Shown here: positions 1 through 10,320 of the stretch, one piece after another
Layout: every line of letters starts with the position of its first letter
Numbering within the stretch: position 1 is the first letter of the stretch
Source of the DNA: Pasteurella multocida
GTDB lineage: Bacteria; Pseudomonadota; Gammaproteobacteria; Enterobacterales; Pasteurellaceae
DNA length: 32,000 nucleotides
Direction: 5' to 3'
NCBI RefSeq assembly: GCF_900187275.1
Contig: NZ_LT906458.1
Location: forward strand, 420,001 to 452,000
Translations under genes and position numbers: made by a program
The notes under the pieces: generated by a model
The model's input: only the letters and a program-made list of their open reading frames with translations
Database searches by the model: none
Told to the model about the DNA's origin: nothing

Positions 1-701
1 TCGCCTTTGCGTGCGGCGGCAATTGAGGCGGCAACTTCGGGCAGAGATGTTCCAATAGCCACTACGGTTAATCCAATCACTAAATCACTGACACCCAGAT
101 AATGAGCAATTTTTACTGCTCCCCAAATAAGTAACTGCGAACTGACCATCAGTAAAGCTAAGCCCACAATGAGCCAAAATAAGGCAGCTTTAAAAGAAAG
201 ACAGGTTTCATGCTTATCTTCTTCATAATTTGCTTGAACAGATGCACGCTGTTTTTTACTTGACCAAATTGTCCAAACTACATAACCAATAAAAAGAGCT
301 AATAGCACGATGGCTTCTAAGCGAGCTATGCGCATATCGAATAGGAAATAAGCGGAGAGAACAGTAACTATCAATAAAATAGGCAATTCTTTTTTGATCA
401 CACTGCCATGTACTGTTAAAGGCTTGATCAACGCGGTTAAACCAAGAATCAGGGCAATATTAGTAATATTGGAACCATAAGCATTGCCTAAAGCAATCCC
501 CGGACTGCCATTTAAAGCGGATAAGGCTGAAACCACCATTTCTGGCATTGAAGTACCAAAACCGATAATCAAAATACCAATTAACAGTGGCGACATACCA
601 AGATAACGTGCTAATGCCGCAGCACCATCCACGAAACGATCGGCACTCCATACCAAAATAATCAACCCAACGAGAATCGCGAGTGAGGCTTCTAATAACA
701 T
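1..701 (-). CDS. Calcium/sodium antiporter (YrbG/CaCA family), 3' part cut by window edge
   Basis: Reverse frame from ATG at 701 reads MLLEASLAILVGLIILVWSADRFVDGAAALARYLGMSPLLIGILIIGFGTSMPEMVVSALSALNGSPGIALGNAYGSNITN, with the G-x-G-T-S-x-P-E cation/Ca exchanger motif; open to window start. Confidence 0.85.
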   Translation of the reverse strand, partial: MLLEASLAILVGLIILVWSADRFVDGAAALARYLGMSPLLIGILIIGFGTSMPEMVVSALSALNGSPGIALGNAYGSNITNIALILGLTALIKPLTVHGSVIKKELPILLIVTVLSAYFLFDMRIARLEAIVLLALFIGYVVWTIWSSKKQRASVQANYEEDKHETCLSFKAALFWLIVGLALLMVSSQLLIWGAVKIAHYLGVSDLVIGLTVVAIGTSLPEVAASIAAARKG

Positions 702-779
702 CTGAAATCCTATAAACAAATAAGAAGGAAAGAATATGGTCGCGTATAATATATGCAAAAATCAGGAAAGAGAAGAGCG

Positions 780-819
780 CAAAAGAAAAAATAAAAGCCC
801 ATAAGGAGGATATGGGCTT
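780..819 (-). terminator. Rho-independent terminator downstream of tRNA-Asn
   Basis: Perfect 9-bp stem AAGCCCATA (795-803) / TATGGGCTT (811-819), followed in minus-strand direction by TTTATTTTTTCTTTT. Confidence 0.7.
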
Positions 820-888
820 AAAATCTTTTGGTTAAAAAATGAAACTTTTATAAAAGGAGACAAATAAAAGCTCACCAAAAGAAAAAGT

Positions 889-964
889 TGGCTCCTCCTG
901 CTGGACTTGAACCAGCGACATACGGATTAACAGTCCGCCGTTCTACCGACTGAACTAAGGAGGA
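889..964 (-). tRNA. tRNA-Asn (anticodon GTT)
   Basis: Reverse complement TCCTCCTTAGTTCAGTCGGTAGAACGGCGGACTGTTAATCCGTATGTCGCTGGTTCAAGTCCAGCAGGAGGAGCCA folds as a 76-nt cloverleaf with encoded CCA; anticodon loop CTGTTAA. Confidence 0.97.
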
Positions 965-1069
965 AAAATTCTGTATCACAAGGAATTTAGGTCGCGTATG
1001 ATAATGTGCTTGATCTGTCTTGTCAACCTTAAAAAAGCAAAAAAATTTTCTTTTTTACAACTTATTTTT

Positions 1070-1092
1070 ATATCCACAGCGCCTGTGGATAA
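1070..1092. promoter_or_regulatory. Inverted pair of DnaA-box-like sites upstream of uvrB
   Basis: TATCCACAG-CGC-CTGTGGATA with a perfect TTATCCACA box on the minus strand (TGTGGATAA); a relaxed site TGTGTAAAA (TTTTACACA) lies at 1275-1283. Confidence 0.5.
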
Positions 1093-1338
1093 GTCTGTGA
1101 ATGTTTATTAAAAAAAATCGCTAAAGCTAGAGAATAACTGGTATGATCGGACTTCGTTATACAATTGGTTGTAAAATGACATTTCTTTATTTTTCAATTA
1201 GTTAATAAAAATCCATAAAAAAATAGGAAATTTTTTTTAAATTTGAGAAGTTTGAATCTTGACAAATATAACTCTGTGTAAAACTTACATTTTTTAAATC
1301 CAAAACTGTTACAAAATTGTGATAAAATTGACCGCACT

Positions 1339-3399
1339 TTGAATAGAATTGAGTATAAGACTATGGCGTATAAAATGCATACTAAATCATTTATTTTGCA
1401 TTCGGATTTTTCTCCTTCTGGTGATCAACCGCAAGCAATTACGCAGCTGATTGAGGGGCTTGAAAATGGGCTTGCTCATCAAACCTTGTTAGGGGTAACA
1501 GGGTCGGGTAAGACCTTTACGATTGCTAATGTGATTGCAAAATTAAATCGTCCCGCTATGGTACTTGCCCCGAATAAAACCCTCGCAGCACAGCTTTATG
1601 CTGAAATGAAAGCATTTTTTCCAGAAAATGCAGTTGAATATTTCGTATCTTACTATGATTACTATCAGCCAGAAGCTTATGTGCCAAGTAGCGATACTTT
1701 TATTGAGAAAGATGCGTCGATTAATGATCAAATCGAACAAATGCGCTTATCTGCCACTAAATCGTTTTTAGAGCGTCGAGATACTATTGTGGTTGCCTCG
1801 GTATCCGCCATTTATGGTTTAGGCGATCCAGATTCTTATTTAAAAATGATGCTCCATTTACAAACAGGTGCGATTATTAATCAACGTCAAATCTTAGCGC
1901 AATTGGCTGAATTGCAGTACACACGCAATGATCAGGCGTTTGAGCGTGGTACCTTTCGTGTGCGCGGTGAAATCATTGATATTTTCCCCGCAGAATCTGA
2001 TGATAAAGCGATACGGATCGAATTATTTGACGATGAAATCGAGCGATTAAGTTTATTTGATCCGCTAACTGGCTCAAGTTTTGGTCCTGTCCCTCGTTAT
2101 ACTATTTATCCGAAAACGCACTATGTCACACCAAGAGAGCGGATTTTAGATGCCATTGAAAAAATCAAACAAGAACTGGCGGAGCGTCGCCAATTCTTAT
2201 TGGAAAATAACAAATTACTCGAAGAACAGCGCATTACACAACGCACCCAATTCGATATTGAAATGATGAATGAATTGGGATATTGCTCAGGTATCGAAAA
2301 CTATTCACGCTATTTATCAGGGCGTAACGAAGGCGAGCCACCGCCAACCTTATTTGATTATATGCCTTCAGATGCACTACTTATTATTGATGAATCTCAT
2401 GTGACGGTGCCGCAAATTGGTGGTATGTATCGTGGTGATCGTTCTCGTAAAGAAACACTGGTGGAATATGGTTTTCGTTTGCCTTCAGCATTGGATAATC
2501 GCCCTTTACGTTTTGAGGAATTTGAACGTTTAGCCCCGCAAACGATTTATGTCTCCGCCACACCGGGTCCTTATGAATTAGAAAAATCCGCTGGGGAAAT
2601 TATTGATCAAGTAGTGCGTCCAACGGGCTTATTGGATCCAGAAATTGAAATTCGTCCTGTCGCGATTCAAGTAGATGATTTATTGTCTGAAGCTCGCCAA
2701 AGATCGGATCAAAATGAACGAGTTTTAGTCACTACCTTAACCAAAAAAATGGCGGAAGATCTGACGGATTATTTAGATGAACACGGTATTCGCGTCCGTT
2801 ATTTACATTCAGATATTGATACGGTTGAGCGGGTAGAAATTATCCGTGATCTGCGTTTAGGGGAATTTGATGTGTTAGTTGGGATCAACTTATTGCGTGA
2901 AGGATTGGATATTCCGGAAGTGTCTTTGGTGGCGATTTTAGATGCCGATAAAGAAGGCTTCTTACGTTCAGAACGTTCCTTAATTCAGACAATTGGACGC
3001 GCAGCACGTAACTTAAAAGGGAAAGCAATTCTATATGCGGATCGCATCACCAATTCTATGCAAAAAGCCATCACCGAAACCAATCGCCGTCGTGAAAAAC
3101 AAATGAAATATAATGAAGCACGCGGTATTGTGCCACAAGCATTGAATAAAAAAGTGGGAGAATTATTAGACATCGGTCAAGGGGCGAATCAAAAAGCTAA
3201 AGCGAATAGAAACGCGAAAAAAGTGGCAGAACCGACCGCACTTTATGTTGTACCACAAACGGCGAAAGAATATCAGCAACAGATTAAGAAATTAGAACAA
3301 CAAATGTATAAATATGCACAGGATCTTGAATTTGAAAAAGCAGCGGCTGTGCGGGATCAATTACAACAATTACGTGAACATTTTTTTGAGGTGCAATAA
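1339..3399 (+). CDS. uvrB: Excinuclease ABC subunit B (UvrB); true start probably an internal ATG around 1363-1375
   Basis: [21 protein letters not shown] Walker [13 protein letters not shown], helicase motifs, C-terminal UVR domain. Confidence 0.97.
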   Translation: MNRIEYKTMAYKMHTKSFILHSDFSPSGDQPQAITQLIEGLENGLAHQTLLGVTGSGKTFTIANVIAKLNRPAMVLAPNKTLAAQLYAEMKAFFPENAVEYFVSYYDYYQPEAYVPSSDTFIEKDASINDQIEQMRLSATKSFLERRDTIVVASVSAIYGLGDPDSYLKMMLHLQTGAIINQRQILAQLAELQYTRNDQAFERGTFRVRGEIIDIFPAESDDKAIRIELFDDEIERLSLFDPLTGSSFGPVPRYTIYPKTHYVTPRERILDAIEKIKQELAERRQFLLENNKLLEEQRITQRTQFDIEMMNELGYCSGIENYSRYLSGRNEGEPPPTLFDYMPSDALLIIDESHVTVPQIGGMYRGDRSRKETLVEYGFRLPSALDNRPLRFEEFERLAPQTIYVSATPGPYELEKSAGEIIDQVVRPTGLLDPEIEIRPVAIQVDDLLSEARQRSDQNERVLVTTLTKKMAEDLTDYLDEHGIRVRYLHSDIDTVERVEIIRDLRLGEFDVLVGINLLREGLDIPEVSLVAILDADKEGFLRSERSLIQTIGRAARNLKGKAILYADRITNSMQKAITETNRRREKQMKYNEARGIVPQALNKKVGELLDIGQGANQKAKANRNAKKVAEPTALYVVPQTAKEYQQQIKKLEQQMYKYAQDLEFEKAAAVRDQLQQLREHFFEVQ

Positions 3400-3411
3400 A
3401 GCAAATTAATT

Positions 3412-4191
3412 ATGTTAGATGAACAATTAAGTCAACGTTTTTTAGCAGTTGCAGGACCGGCGATTGAATTAGCCAAACAGAAAAAGACCAAAGCAGCGTT
3501 ATTAACCTTAGAAAAAGTGGACATCGATCAAGCGCTTGAACCAGATTTCTATCATCTTGTCGAAATTCAAAAAGCGGCACTCTTGGAGCTATTGGAAAAA
3601 GAGAAACCGGCAAAGATGTTGCGTAATTTTGATACGGTTTTGATGTTGTATCGTGCTGTGCCGATGGACAATAAAACAGTGTATCGTTCTGCGCAAATGC
3701 AATTAGCCAATCTGTTGATTAATTTGAAACGCGTTGATGAGCTTGAACAACTTTATCAAGATTTCGTAGCACAACAAAAATTAGATGGCGAAGATAAATT
3801 ATTTTTAAGTTCTGTGTTGATTAGCCTCAATAAACTCGATGAGGCGCTAAAGATGTTGGATTCAATAACACATCGTGAGGGCGCTACTATTTTTGCTACG
3901 GCAAAAACTAATGCGGCACTTATCCTCAAAAACTTAAAACGCTACCAAGAATGTATTCGCACTTGTACGCTGGTTTCCGCTGACGATGATATGCATATGT
4001 ATGCCAAAGCCCAGCTGATTTGGGCGGAGGCGTTATATCGTCTAGGGCGTAGAGAGGAAGCGTTTGAGGTGTATAAACGATTAAGACCGTTCCATCAGCC
4101 TTTTTATTCAGAAGCCAGATGGCAGCTGTTTATTAAATTCCCTGTACGTGCGATTCGGGAGAATATTTTGGCGTTTTTTGGTAAGGCATGA
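3412..4191 (+). CDS. TPR-like repeat protein of unknown function
   Basis: Intact ORF 12 bp after uvrB; helical repeat pattern (LNKLDEALKMLD..., LIWAEALYRLGRREEAFEVYKRL). Confidence 0.65.
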   Translation: MLDEQLSQRFLAVAGPAIELAKQKKTKAALLTLEKVDIDQALEPDFYHLVEIQKAALLELLEKEKPAKMLRNFDTVLMLYRAVPMDNKTVYRSAQMQLANLLINLKRVDELEQLYQDFVAQQKLDGEDKLFLSSVLISLNKLDEALKMLDSITHREGATIFATAKTNAALILKNLKRYQECIRTCTLVSADDDMHMYAKAQLIWAEALYRLGRREEAFEVYKRLRPFHQPFYSEARWQLFIKFPVRAIRENILAFFGKA

Positions 4192-4203
4192 TGACATTTT
4201 GCT

Positions 4204-4224
4204 AGAAAAACGATGTGTTTTTCT
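4204..4224. terminator. Candidate AT-rich hairpin between convergent TPR gene and phoR
   Basis: Perfect 8-bp arms AGAAAAAC / GTTTTTCT separated by 5 nt, in the convergent gap. Confidence 0.4.
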
Positions 4225-4237
4225 TATGTTAGTGCTG

Positions 4238-5533
4238 TTAGGCTGAAGCGCTCTCACACAATAACTTCTTCGGAATAATAAAAGAAAAACAGCTTCCTTC
4301 GCCTTCTTTACTTTCAATCTCCAGTTGGGCGTGATGCTGTTCAAGGGCATGTTTAACGATTGCTAAACCTAAACCATGACCGCCAGTTTGGTTACTGCGG
4401 GATTCATCCACACGGTAAAAACGCTCAGTTAAATGATATAAATGATGTGTTGCAATACCTATTCCATTATCTGTCACACTGAATTTAGCACCCTCTGCAC
4501 AAGGTTGCCAACTGACGTTGATTTGACAATTCTCACCAGCATGTTTTATCGCATTATAAATGAGATTGGAAACCGCACTTTGTAGCTGGCTTTCATCGCC
4601 GAATACATAAATGTCCGGTGCGATATCAAAATGGATTTGATGGTGATAGTGGTTTAAAAAGTGCGTATTTTCTTTTAAATTTAAGATTAAGCGTGACATA
4701 TCCACGGGTTCGTGTTCTTGATTAGACGAGCTTTCAATTTTCGCCAACACATTGAGTTGTTGCAGTAAATTTGCCATCCGCTGACTTTGTGCTTGCATGG
4801 CGTGAATGGCTTTTTGTGCCAGTGCACTGTGATCTTTTTCTGCTTCTAGCAACTCTAAGTAACCTTGTAATACTGTTAACGGCGTGCGTAGTTCGTGGTT
4901 GATATTCGATAAAAAGGTTTGGCGAGAATGTAATAAACGGATCATTTGTGTGACATCGCGCGCAATAATCACACGTGATTCGTTGTCATAATGATTAATG
5001 TTGATCTCAATATAGCGGTTTTCATTGGTGAGTAACACCAAAGGGCGTTTTCTCATGGATTGATAAAAGTAGTGCTTAAATTCGTTATAGAAAATGACAT
5101 TGAAGAGATTTTTACTGTTTATTTTCTTATTCCAATAAAACATGAACATTTCTTGCGAGGCGTTATTGCACCAAGAGATATTGCCTTCATTGTCACAAAT
5201 GATAATGGCATCGGGGAGGTATTGAATATTTTTATTTAATTTCGAAAGTAAACGTAACGTTTTAATTCTTTCTTTTCGATTTTTACTTTTATAGTAGGCA
5301 GTGGTTTGAGAAATATTATCCAGCAGATGTGTTTTTTTCAGTGTGTCAGTCGCATCTGGATGGAGCATTTTCAACAACTTAAATTCATTGTAATGATGAA
5401 AAATCAGAAAGCAGAGGAGCACTGCAATAAACCAGAATGCAAAGGATTGAGTAAAATAGGAAAAAAGACTGGCAATCAGTAGGCTTATCGCTAATTCAAT
5501 AAAAAAATACTTAATTGAAAAGGTTCTTTTCAT
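4238..5533 (-). CDS. phoR: Phosphate regulon sensor histidine kinase PhoR
   Basis: [25 protein letters not shown]-box, [11 protein letters not shown]-box, [15 protein letters not shown]-box, N-terminal TM segments and PAS-like region; next to phoB/pst. Confidence 0.93.
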   Translation of the reverse strand: MKRTFSIKYFFIELAISLLIASLFSYFTQSFAFWFIAVLLCFLIFHHYNEFKLLKMLHPDATDTLKKTHLLDNISQTTAYYKSKNRKERIKTLRLLSKLNKNIQYLPDAIIICDNEGNISWCNNASQEMFMFYWNKKINSKNLFNVIFYNEFKHYFYQSMRKRPLVLLTNENRYIEININHYDNESRVIIARDVTQMIRLLHSRQTFLSNINHELRTPLTVLQGYLELLEAEKDHSALAQKAIHAMQAQSQRMANLLQQLNVLAKIESSSNQEHEPVDMSRLILNLKENTHFLNHYHHQIHFDIAPDIYVFGDESQLQSAVSNLIYNAIKHAGENCQINVSWQPCAEGAKFSVTDNGIGIATHHLYHLTERFYRVDESRSNQTGGHGLGLAIVKHALEQHHAQLEIESKEGEGSCFSFIIPKKLLCESASA

Positions 5534-6225
5534 TTTATCTCGTCCTGAAAATGAGGCGAAAAACGATAGCCCGTCCCACGTACCGTTTGGATATAGCGAT
5601 CAAAACCATATTGCTCAAGGCTTTTGCGTAAGCGACGAATATAGCTATCCACCGTTCTATCTTCCACATAAATATCATTTCCCCAAATACAATCTAAGAG
5701 CTGTTCGCGTGTATAGACTTTTTCAGGGTGAGTCATGAGAAATTTAAGCAGTTTAAATTCAGTCGAACTAAGGTTAATCACATTTTTTTGATAACTCACC
5801 CGCAAGGCATTTTGATCTAAAATTAGTCCGTCAATTTCAATGCTATTCTGGCTTTGTTCATAAACACGTCGGAGCATGGCTTCAATTCTGGCAAGTAAGA
5901 TTTTAGGTGAGAAAGGTTTAGTGATGTAATCATCCGCGCCTGTATTTAAGCCGGTAATACAATCCTCTTCTTCACTACGCGCAGTCAGCATGATGACAGG
6001 GATGTTTTCGGTGTCTTCGTGTTTTTTCAAAAACTGAATAAACTGGATACCAGAACGACCGGGCAACATCCAGTCTAATAAAATGAGTTGTGGCTTTTCT
6101 ACTAATTTTTTGACCGCACTTTGGTAGTCAGCAGCCTCAATAATGTCATAACCTTGTTGAGTTAAAAATAAGCTGATCATTTCGCGAATCGCACTTTCAT
6201 CTTCAACCACCAGTATTTTGGTCAT
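5530..6225 (-). CDS. phoB: Phosphate regulon response regulator PhoB
   Basis: [13 protein letters not shown] receiver, [11 protein letters not shown]-terminal winged helix ([13 protein letters not shown]...[18 protein letters not shown]). Confidence 0.95.
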   Translation of the reverse strand: MTKILVVEDESAIREMISLFLTQQGYDIIEAADYQSAVKKLVEKPQLILLDWMLPGRSGIQFIQFLKKHEDTENIPVIMLTARSEEEDCITGLNTGADDYITKPFSPKILLARIEAMLRRVYEQSQNSIEIDGLILDQNALRVSYQKNVINLSSTEFKLLKFLMTHPEKVYTREQLLDCIWGNDIYVEDRTVDSYIRRLRKSLEQYGFDRYIQTVRGTGYRFSPHFQDEIK

Positions 6226-6351
6226 TTGTACCTCACTTTATACACCGTATAGGAGTAGCGAACTTTCTCCTCATCAGAGCGTGAGGAGAAGTCCATAATT
6301 CGTTTGATTTTAATCAAAATGATACGGGATGCAATTTGATTTTGTTTATTT

Positions 6352-7131
6352 TTATCCCATGCGTCCTTTGATATAGTCTTCTGTGCGTTGCAGACGTGGT
6401 TTGTCAAAGATTTTGACGGTTTCATCAAACTCAATCAATTCACCTAAATACATAAACGCGGTGTAATCAGAACAACGCGCGGCTTGTTGCATATTATGAG
6501 TAACCATCACCACGGTATAATCGTGCTTGAGTTCTGAGATCAATTCTTCGATTTTGGCTGTTGAAATAGGATCGAGTGCGGAACAAGGTTCATCTAACAG
6601 TAACACTTCTGGTTTAATCGCAATGCCACGCGCAATGCATAAGCGTTGTTGTTGACCGCCCGATAAGCTGTCGCCACTTTGATTTAATTTGTCTTTCACC
6701 TCATTCCATAACGCCGCTTTGCTTAATGCCCATTCCACGCGAGCATTCAGATCAGCTTTGCTTAATTTCTCGAATAAACGGATCCCAAATGCCACATTGT
6801 CATAAATAGACATCGGGAAAGGGGTAGGTTTTTGGAATACCATACCGACTTTGGCGCGAATCAGTGAAATATCCATCGGTGACGTTAATAAATTTTCACC
6901 ATCTAATTTAATCTCGCCTGTAGCGTATTGATTTGGGTAAAGCTCAAAAATTCGGTTAAAGGAACGAAGCAAGGTCGATTTACCACAGCCAGAAGGACCA
7001 ATAAACGCCGTCACTTTGTGTTTCGCAATACGCATATTGATATTTTTTAACGCATGGAAATCACCATAGTGAAAATTGAGGTTGTTCACTTCTAATTTTG
7101 TATCTTCAAGTTGGATAATTTGAGTATTCAT
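6352..7131 (-). CDS. pstB: Phosphate ABC transporter ATP-binding protein
   Basis: [16 protein letters not shown] Walker [17 protein letters not shown] signature, [14 protein letters not shown]. Confidence 0.97.
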   Translation of the reverse strand: MNTQIIQLEDTKLEVNNLNFHYGDFHALKNINMRIAKHKVTAFIGPSGCGKSTLLRSFNRIFELYPNQYATGEIKLDGENLLTSPMDISLIRAKVGMVFQKPTPFPMSIYDNVAFGIRLFEKLSKADLNARVEWALSKAALWNEVKDKLNQSGDSLSGGQQQRLCIARGIAIKPEVLLLDEPCSALDPISTAKIEELISELKHDYTVVMVTHNMQQAARCSDYTAFMYLGELIEFDETVKIFDKPRLQRTEDYIKGRMG

Positions 7132-7148
7132 TCAGATTTCTCCCATTT

Positions 7149-7991
7149 TTATTTGGATTTCTGTGGAAAGAAAATACGTGCAAAAATATTAAGTAGTAAA
7201 ACAAATAAGGTAATTAAGGTTGCACCAGCCCAAGCAAGCTCGTTCCAATCTTGGAATGGACTTGCCGCAAATTGATAGATCACGATTGGGATATTTGCCA
7301 TCGGTCCATTCATATCAAAAGAAGTGAATTGATTGGATAGCGCAGTAAAGAGCAACGGCGCCGTTTCCCCCGAAATACGCGCGATTGACAGTAATACTCC
7401 GGTTAAAATCCCTGCACGCGCAGAGCGATAACAAATCATCGTAATCACACGCCATTGTGGGCAGCCTAAGGAGGCGGCGGTTTCCCGTAAATTATTCGGC
7501 ACAAGATTGAGCATATTATCGGTTGTCCGTACCACGACAGGAATAATGATGATGGCTAAAGCAAAGGCACCCGCCCAACCAGAATAATGCTTCACTTGTG
7601 ACACATAAATGGCGTAGATAAATAAGCCAATCACGATAGATGGTGCGGAAAGTAATACATCATTCAAAAACCGCGTCACTTTGGTTAATTGGCTATAACG
7701 TCCGTATTCTGCGAGGTAAGTGCCGGCGAGAATACCAATCGGGGTACCAATTAACGTACTGACAGTAATCATCAGAGTTGAACCAATAATGGCATTCAGT
7801 AAGCCGCCTTTTTCACCCGGTCCCGGTGTTTTTTCTAAGAAAAGTTCCAAGGATAACGCGGGAATACCTTTTGTAATTAAGGTAAACAAAATCCAACATA
7901 GCCAAAATAAGCCAAAGAAAACCGCTAAAAATGAAAGGGTGAGCATCAGCTTATTTTTAAGTTTACGACAGTGAAAATGGGTGTTACTCAT
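7149..7991 (-). CDS. pstA: Phosphate ABC transporter permease PstA
   Basis: PstA-type motifs (GGLLNAIIGSTLMI, APSIVIGLFIYAIYV, RETAASLGCPQWRVI, ISRISGETAPLLFTAL) and operon position. Confidence 0.95.
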   Translation of the reverse strand: MSNTHFHCRKLKNKLMLTLSFLAVFFGLFWLCWILFTLITKGIPALSLELFLEKTPGPGEKGGLLNAIIGSTLMITVSTLIGTPIGILAGTYLAEYGRYSQLTKVTRFLNDVLLSAPSIVIGLFIYAIYVSQVKHYSGWAGAFALAIIIIPVVVRTTDNMLNLVPNNLRETAASLGCPQWRVITMICYRSARAGILTGVLLSIARISGETAPLLFTALSNQFTSFDMNGPMANIPIVIYQFAASPFQDWNELAWAGATLITLFVLLLNIFARIFFPQKSK

Positions 7992-8960
7992 TTATTTCCG
8001 TCCTTCTTTTTTCTCAATACGCATAATTAATAAACGTGAAATGGATAGCACGACAGTAGTGATTAAGAAGAGAATTAAGCCTAATTCCATTAAAGCGGAT
8101 TTTTGCAATCCACTGGCTTCGTTAAACTCATTCGCGATGGCAGAGGCGATCGAAGTGGATGGGGAAAACAAGGATTCCGGTAAATGGAAGGCATTGCCAA
8201 TCACAAACGTGACCGCCATGGTTTCGCCCAGTGCACGACCTAAACCGAGCATAATGCCGCCAACAACGCCAGTTTTAGTATAAGGTAACACCACTTTCCA
8301 CATCACTTCCCACGTGGTTGAGCCCAGTCCATAAGCAGACTCTTTCAAAATGGCGGGAACGATAGTGAATACATCGCGCATTACGGCAGCGATGAAGGGA
8401 ATAATCATAATGGCTAGCACCAGTCCGGCGGTGAATAAACCAATACCAAAAGGCGCACCAGAAAATAAATAACTGAGTACAGGGAGATCGCCAAACCATT
8501 CGATCAAAGACGGTTGGATGTGTTCTTGGAAAAGTGGTACAAAAATGAAAAGTCCCCACATGCCGTAAATAATAGACGGAATTGCGGCGAGCATTTCAAT
8601 GGCAGTACCCACAGGACGTCGTAACCACTCTGGTGCTAATTCAGTTAAGAAAATCGCAATACCGAAAGAAATAGGCACGGCGATAATGAGAGCTAAGAAA
8701 GAGGTAATTAAGGTACCTACAATAGGAATAATGGCACCGTAGCTTTCTTGAACAGGATTCCAATCATTGTGCCATAAAAAAGAAAAACCAAATGTTGAGA
8801 ACGAATCCCAACTGCCAAAGACCAAGGAGGTCATCACTGCAGCAAGCAGTAAAAACACAAATACGGCGAAAAAACGTGTAGTTTGCCTAAAAAGAAGTTC
8901 AATAATATGATGATTTAAGCGGTTTGTTTCCGCTTGGGTTTTGCGTCGTAGCATGGTCAC
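7992..8960 (-). CDS. pstC: Phosphate ABC transporter permease PstC
   Basis: [36 protein letters not shown]-type motif, operon position. Confidence 0.95.
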   Translation of the reverse strand: MTMLRRKTQAETNRLNHHIIELLFRQTTRFFAVFVFLLLAAVMTSLVFGSWDSFSTFGFSFLWHNDWNPVQESYGAIIPIVGTLITSFLALIIAVPISFGIAIFLTELAPEWLRRPVGTAIEMLAAIPSIIYGMWGLFIFVPLFQEHIQPSLIEWFGDLPVLSYLFSGAPFGIGLFTAGLVLAIMIIPFIAAVMRDVFTIVPAILKESAYGLGSTTWEVMWKVVLPYTKTGVVGGIMLGLGRALGETMAVTFVIGNAFHLPESLFSPSTSIASAIANEFNEASGLQKSALMELGLILFLITTVVLSISRLLIMRIEKKEGRK

Positions 8961-8981
8961 CCTCTTGTCATTATTGTATAG

Positions 8982-9007
8982 AGAGGGCAGCGGTGTTTCT
9001 GCCCTCT
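8982..9007. other. Intercistronic hairpin between pstS and pstC
   Basis: Perfect 9-bp arms AGAGGGCAG (8982-8990) / CTGCCCTCT (8999-9007), 8-nt loop. Confidence 0.65.
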
Positions 9008-9015
9008 GCGTTTAT

Positions 9016-10050
9016 TTATTGCCAAAGTGTTTTGCCATCACTGGACTTCACATCGGTTTTCCATTGCGCTTGAATTTTCTGAATGACTTCCTCAGGCAGA
9101 GGCACATAATCAAGCTCCGTTGCTGCGACTTTGCCTTGCTTGAATGCCCAATCAAAGAACTCAAAGACAGCTTTGGTGATTTCTGGCTTTTCTGCATGCT
9201 TATGTAACAAGATGAAACTTGCTGCGGTGACTGGCCAAGATGTATCGCCTTCTTCATTGGTTAAAATAACGCCCATACCGACCGCACTTTCCCATTGTGC
9301 ATTGGCAGCAGCTGCCATAAAACTTTCTGCTGAAGGCTGTACAAATTGCCCGGCTTTATTTTGTAATGACGCCCAAGCGAGCTGGTTTTGTTTCGCGTAC
9401 GCATATTCCACATAACCAATCGAATATTTGATTTTGCTGACATAAGCAGCCACGCCTTCGTTACCTTTGCCGCCTTGTCCCGTAGGCCATTTGACTGATT
9501 TACCTTGACCGACTGTTTCTTTCCATTCAGTCGATACTTTAGAAAGATAATTAGTCCAACCGAATGTGGTGCCTGAACCGTCAGAACGATGTACGACGAT
9601 AATGGCTTTATCGGGTAAATTAGCCCCTTGGTTTAATTTGGCGATAGCGGGATCATTCCACTTTTTAATTTTGCCTAAGAAAATATCGGCGAGAACTTCA
9701 CCAGAAAGTTTAAGTTGTCCGGCGGTGATTTCTGGTAAATTCACGACAGGCACTGTGCCACCGATAATGGCTGGAAATTGCAATAATTGATGTTGTGCTA
9801 AAAGTTCTGCTTTCATCGGATCATCTGAGGCACCAAAATCAACGGTTTTGGCGATAATTTGTTGCTGACCGCCCCCTGAGCCAATTGATTGATAGTTGAC
9901 TTTGTTACCTGTTTGTTTTTCATACATGGATGCCCATTTGGCATAGATTGGATAAGGAAAAGAAGCGCCCGCGCCAGTAATGGTTTGTGCCTGCGTCGTC
10001 AAAGCAAATGTACTGAATAGAATAGCCAAAAGCATTGCACGTTTTGTCAT
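9016..10050 (-). CDS. pstS: Phosphate ABC transporter substrate-binding protein PstS
   Basis: Start at 10050 gives a signal peptide MTKRAMLLAILFSTFALTTQAQTITGAGASFPYPIYAKW; HRSDGSGTTFGWTNYLS motif. ORF track extends upstream to 10227 without support. Confidence 0.95.
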   Translation of the reverse strand: MTKRAMLLAILFSTFALTTQAQTITGAGASFPYPIYAKWASMYEKQTGNKVNYQSIGSGGGQQQIIAKTVDFGASDDPMKAELLAQHQLLQFPAIIGGTVPVVNLPEITAGQLKLSGEVLADIFLGKIKKWNDPAIAKLNQGANLPDKAIIVVHRSDGSGTTFGWTNYLSKVSTEWKETVGQGKSVKWPTGQGGKGNEGVAAYVSKIKYSIGYVEYAYAKQNQLAWASLQNKAGQFVQPSAESFMAAAANAQWESAVGMGVILTNEEGDTSWPVTAASFILLHKHAEKPEITKAVFEFFDWAFKQGKVAATELDYVPLPEEVIQKIQAQWKTDVKSSDGKTLWQ

Positions 10051-10120
10051 AGATGTTACTCCTTTGAGTGTCTTTTCAATCACTACCATGTGGTAGCGAA
10101 AGTGATTGTAATGAACAAAT

Positions 10121-10149
10121 ATGACAGTTTGATGACAGGCGAATGACAG
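10121..10149 (-). promoter_or_regulatory. Pho box (PhoB binding site) upstream of pstS
   Basis: Minus strand CTGTCATTCGCCTGTCATCAAACTGTCAT: three CTGTCAT half-sites spaced exactly 11 bp (plus-strand ATGACAG at 10121, 10132, 10143). Confidence 0.88.
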
Positions 10150-10320
10150 TTTGCAGTGCAAAAAGTGCGGTTGTTTTTGTACAGATTTTTTGAAAAAGGC
10201 AAGGCGGGTAGATTGTTTTATAGCCAATATTGATTCAATTCATTTTTTCTACCAAATTCGCCTTGAAACTTGTGTATAATGCCCCATATTGAAAAAACAT
10301 CCAAGCAATAGAAGAAGTTT

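Noticed and set aside
460-651. 63-aa minus-strand ORF
   Set aside because: Overlaps the clear antiporter reading frame; composition is not protein-like.
1273-1290. CTGTGTAAAACTTACA as a LexA/SOS box upstream of uvrB
   Set aside because: The second half does not match ACAG at the required spacing.
965-1338. AT-rich region with DnaA-like boxes as a possible oriC
   Set aside because: Only one perfect and two weak boxes, no 13-mer array, and none of the usual origin neighbours; more likely a promoter region.
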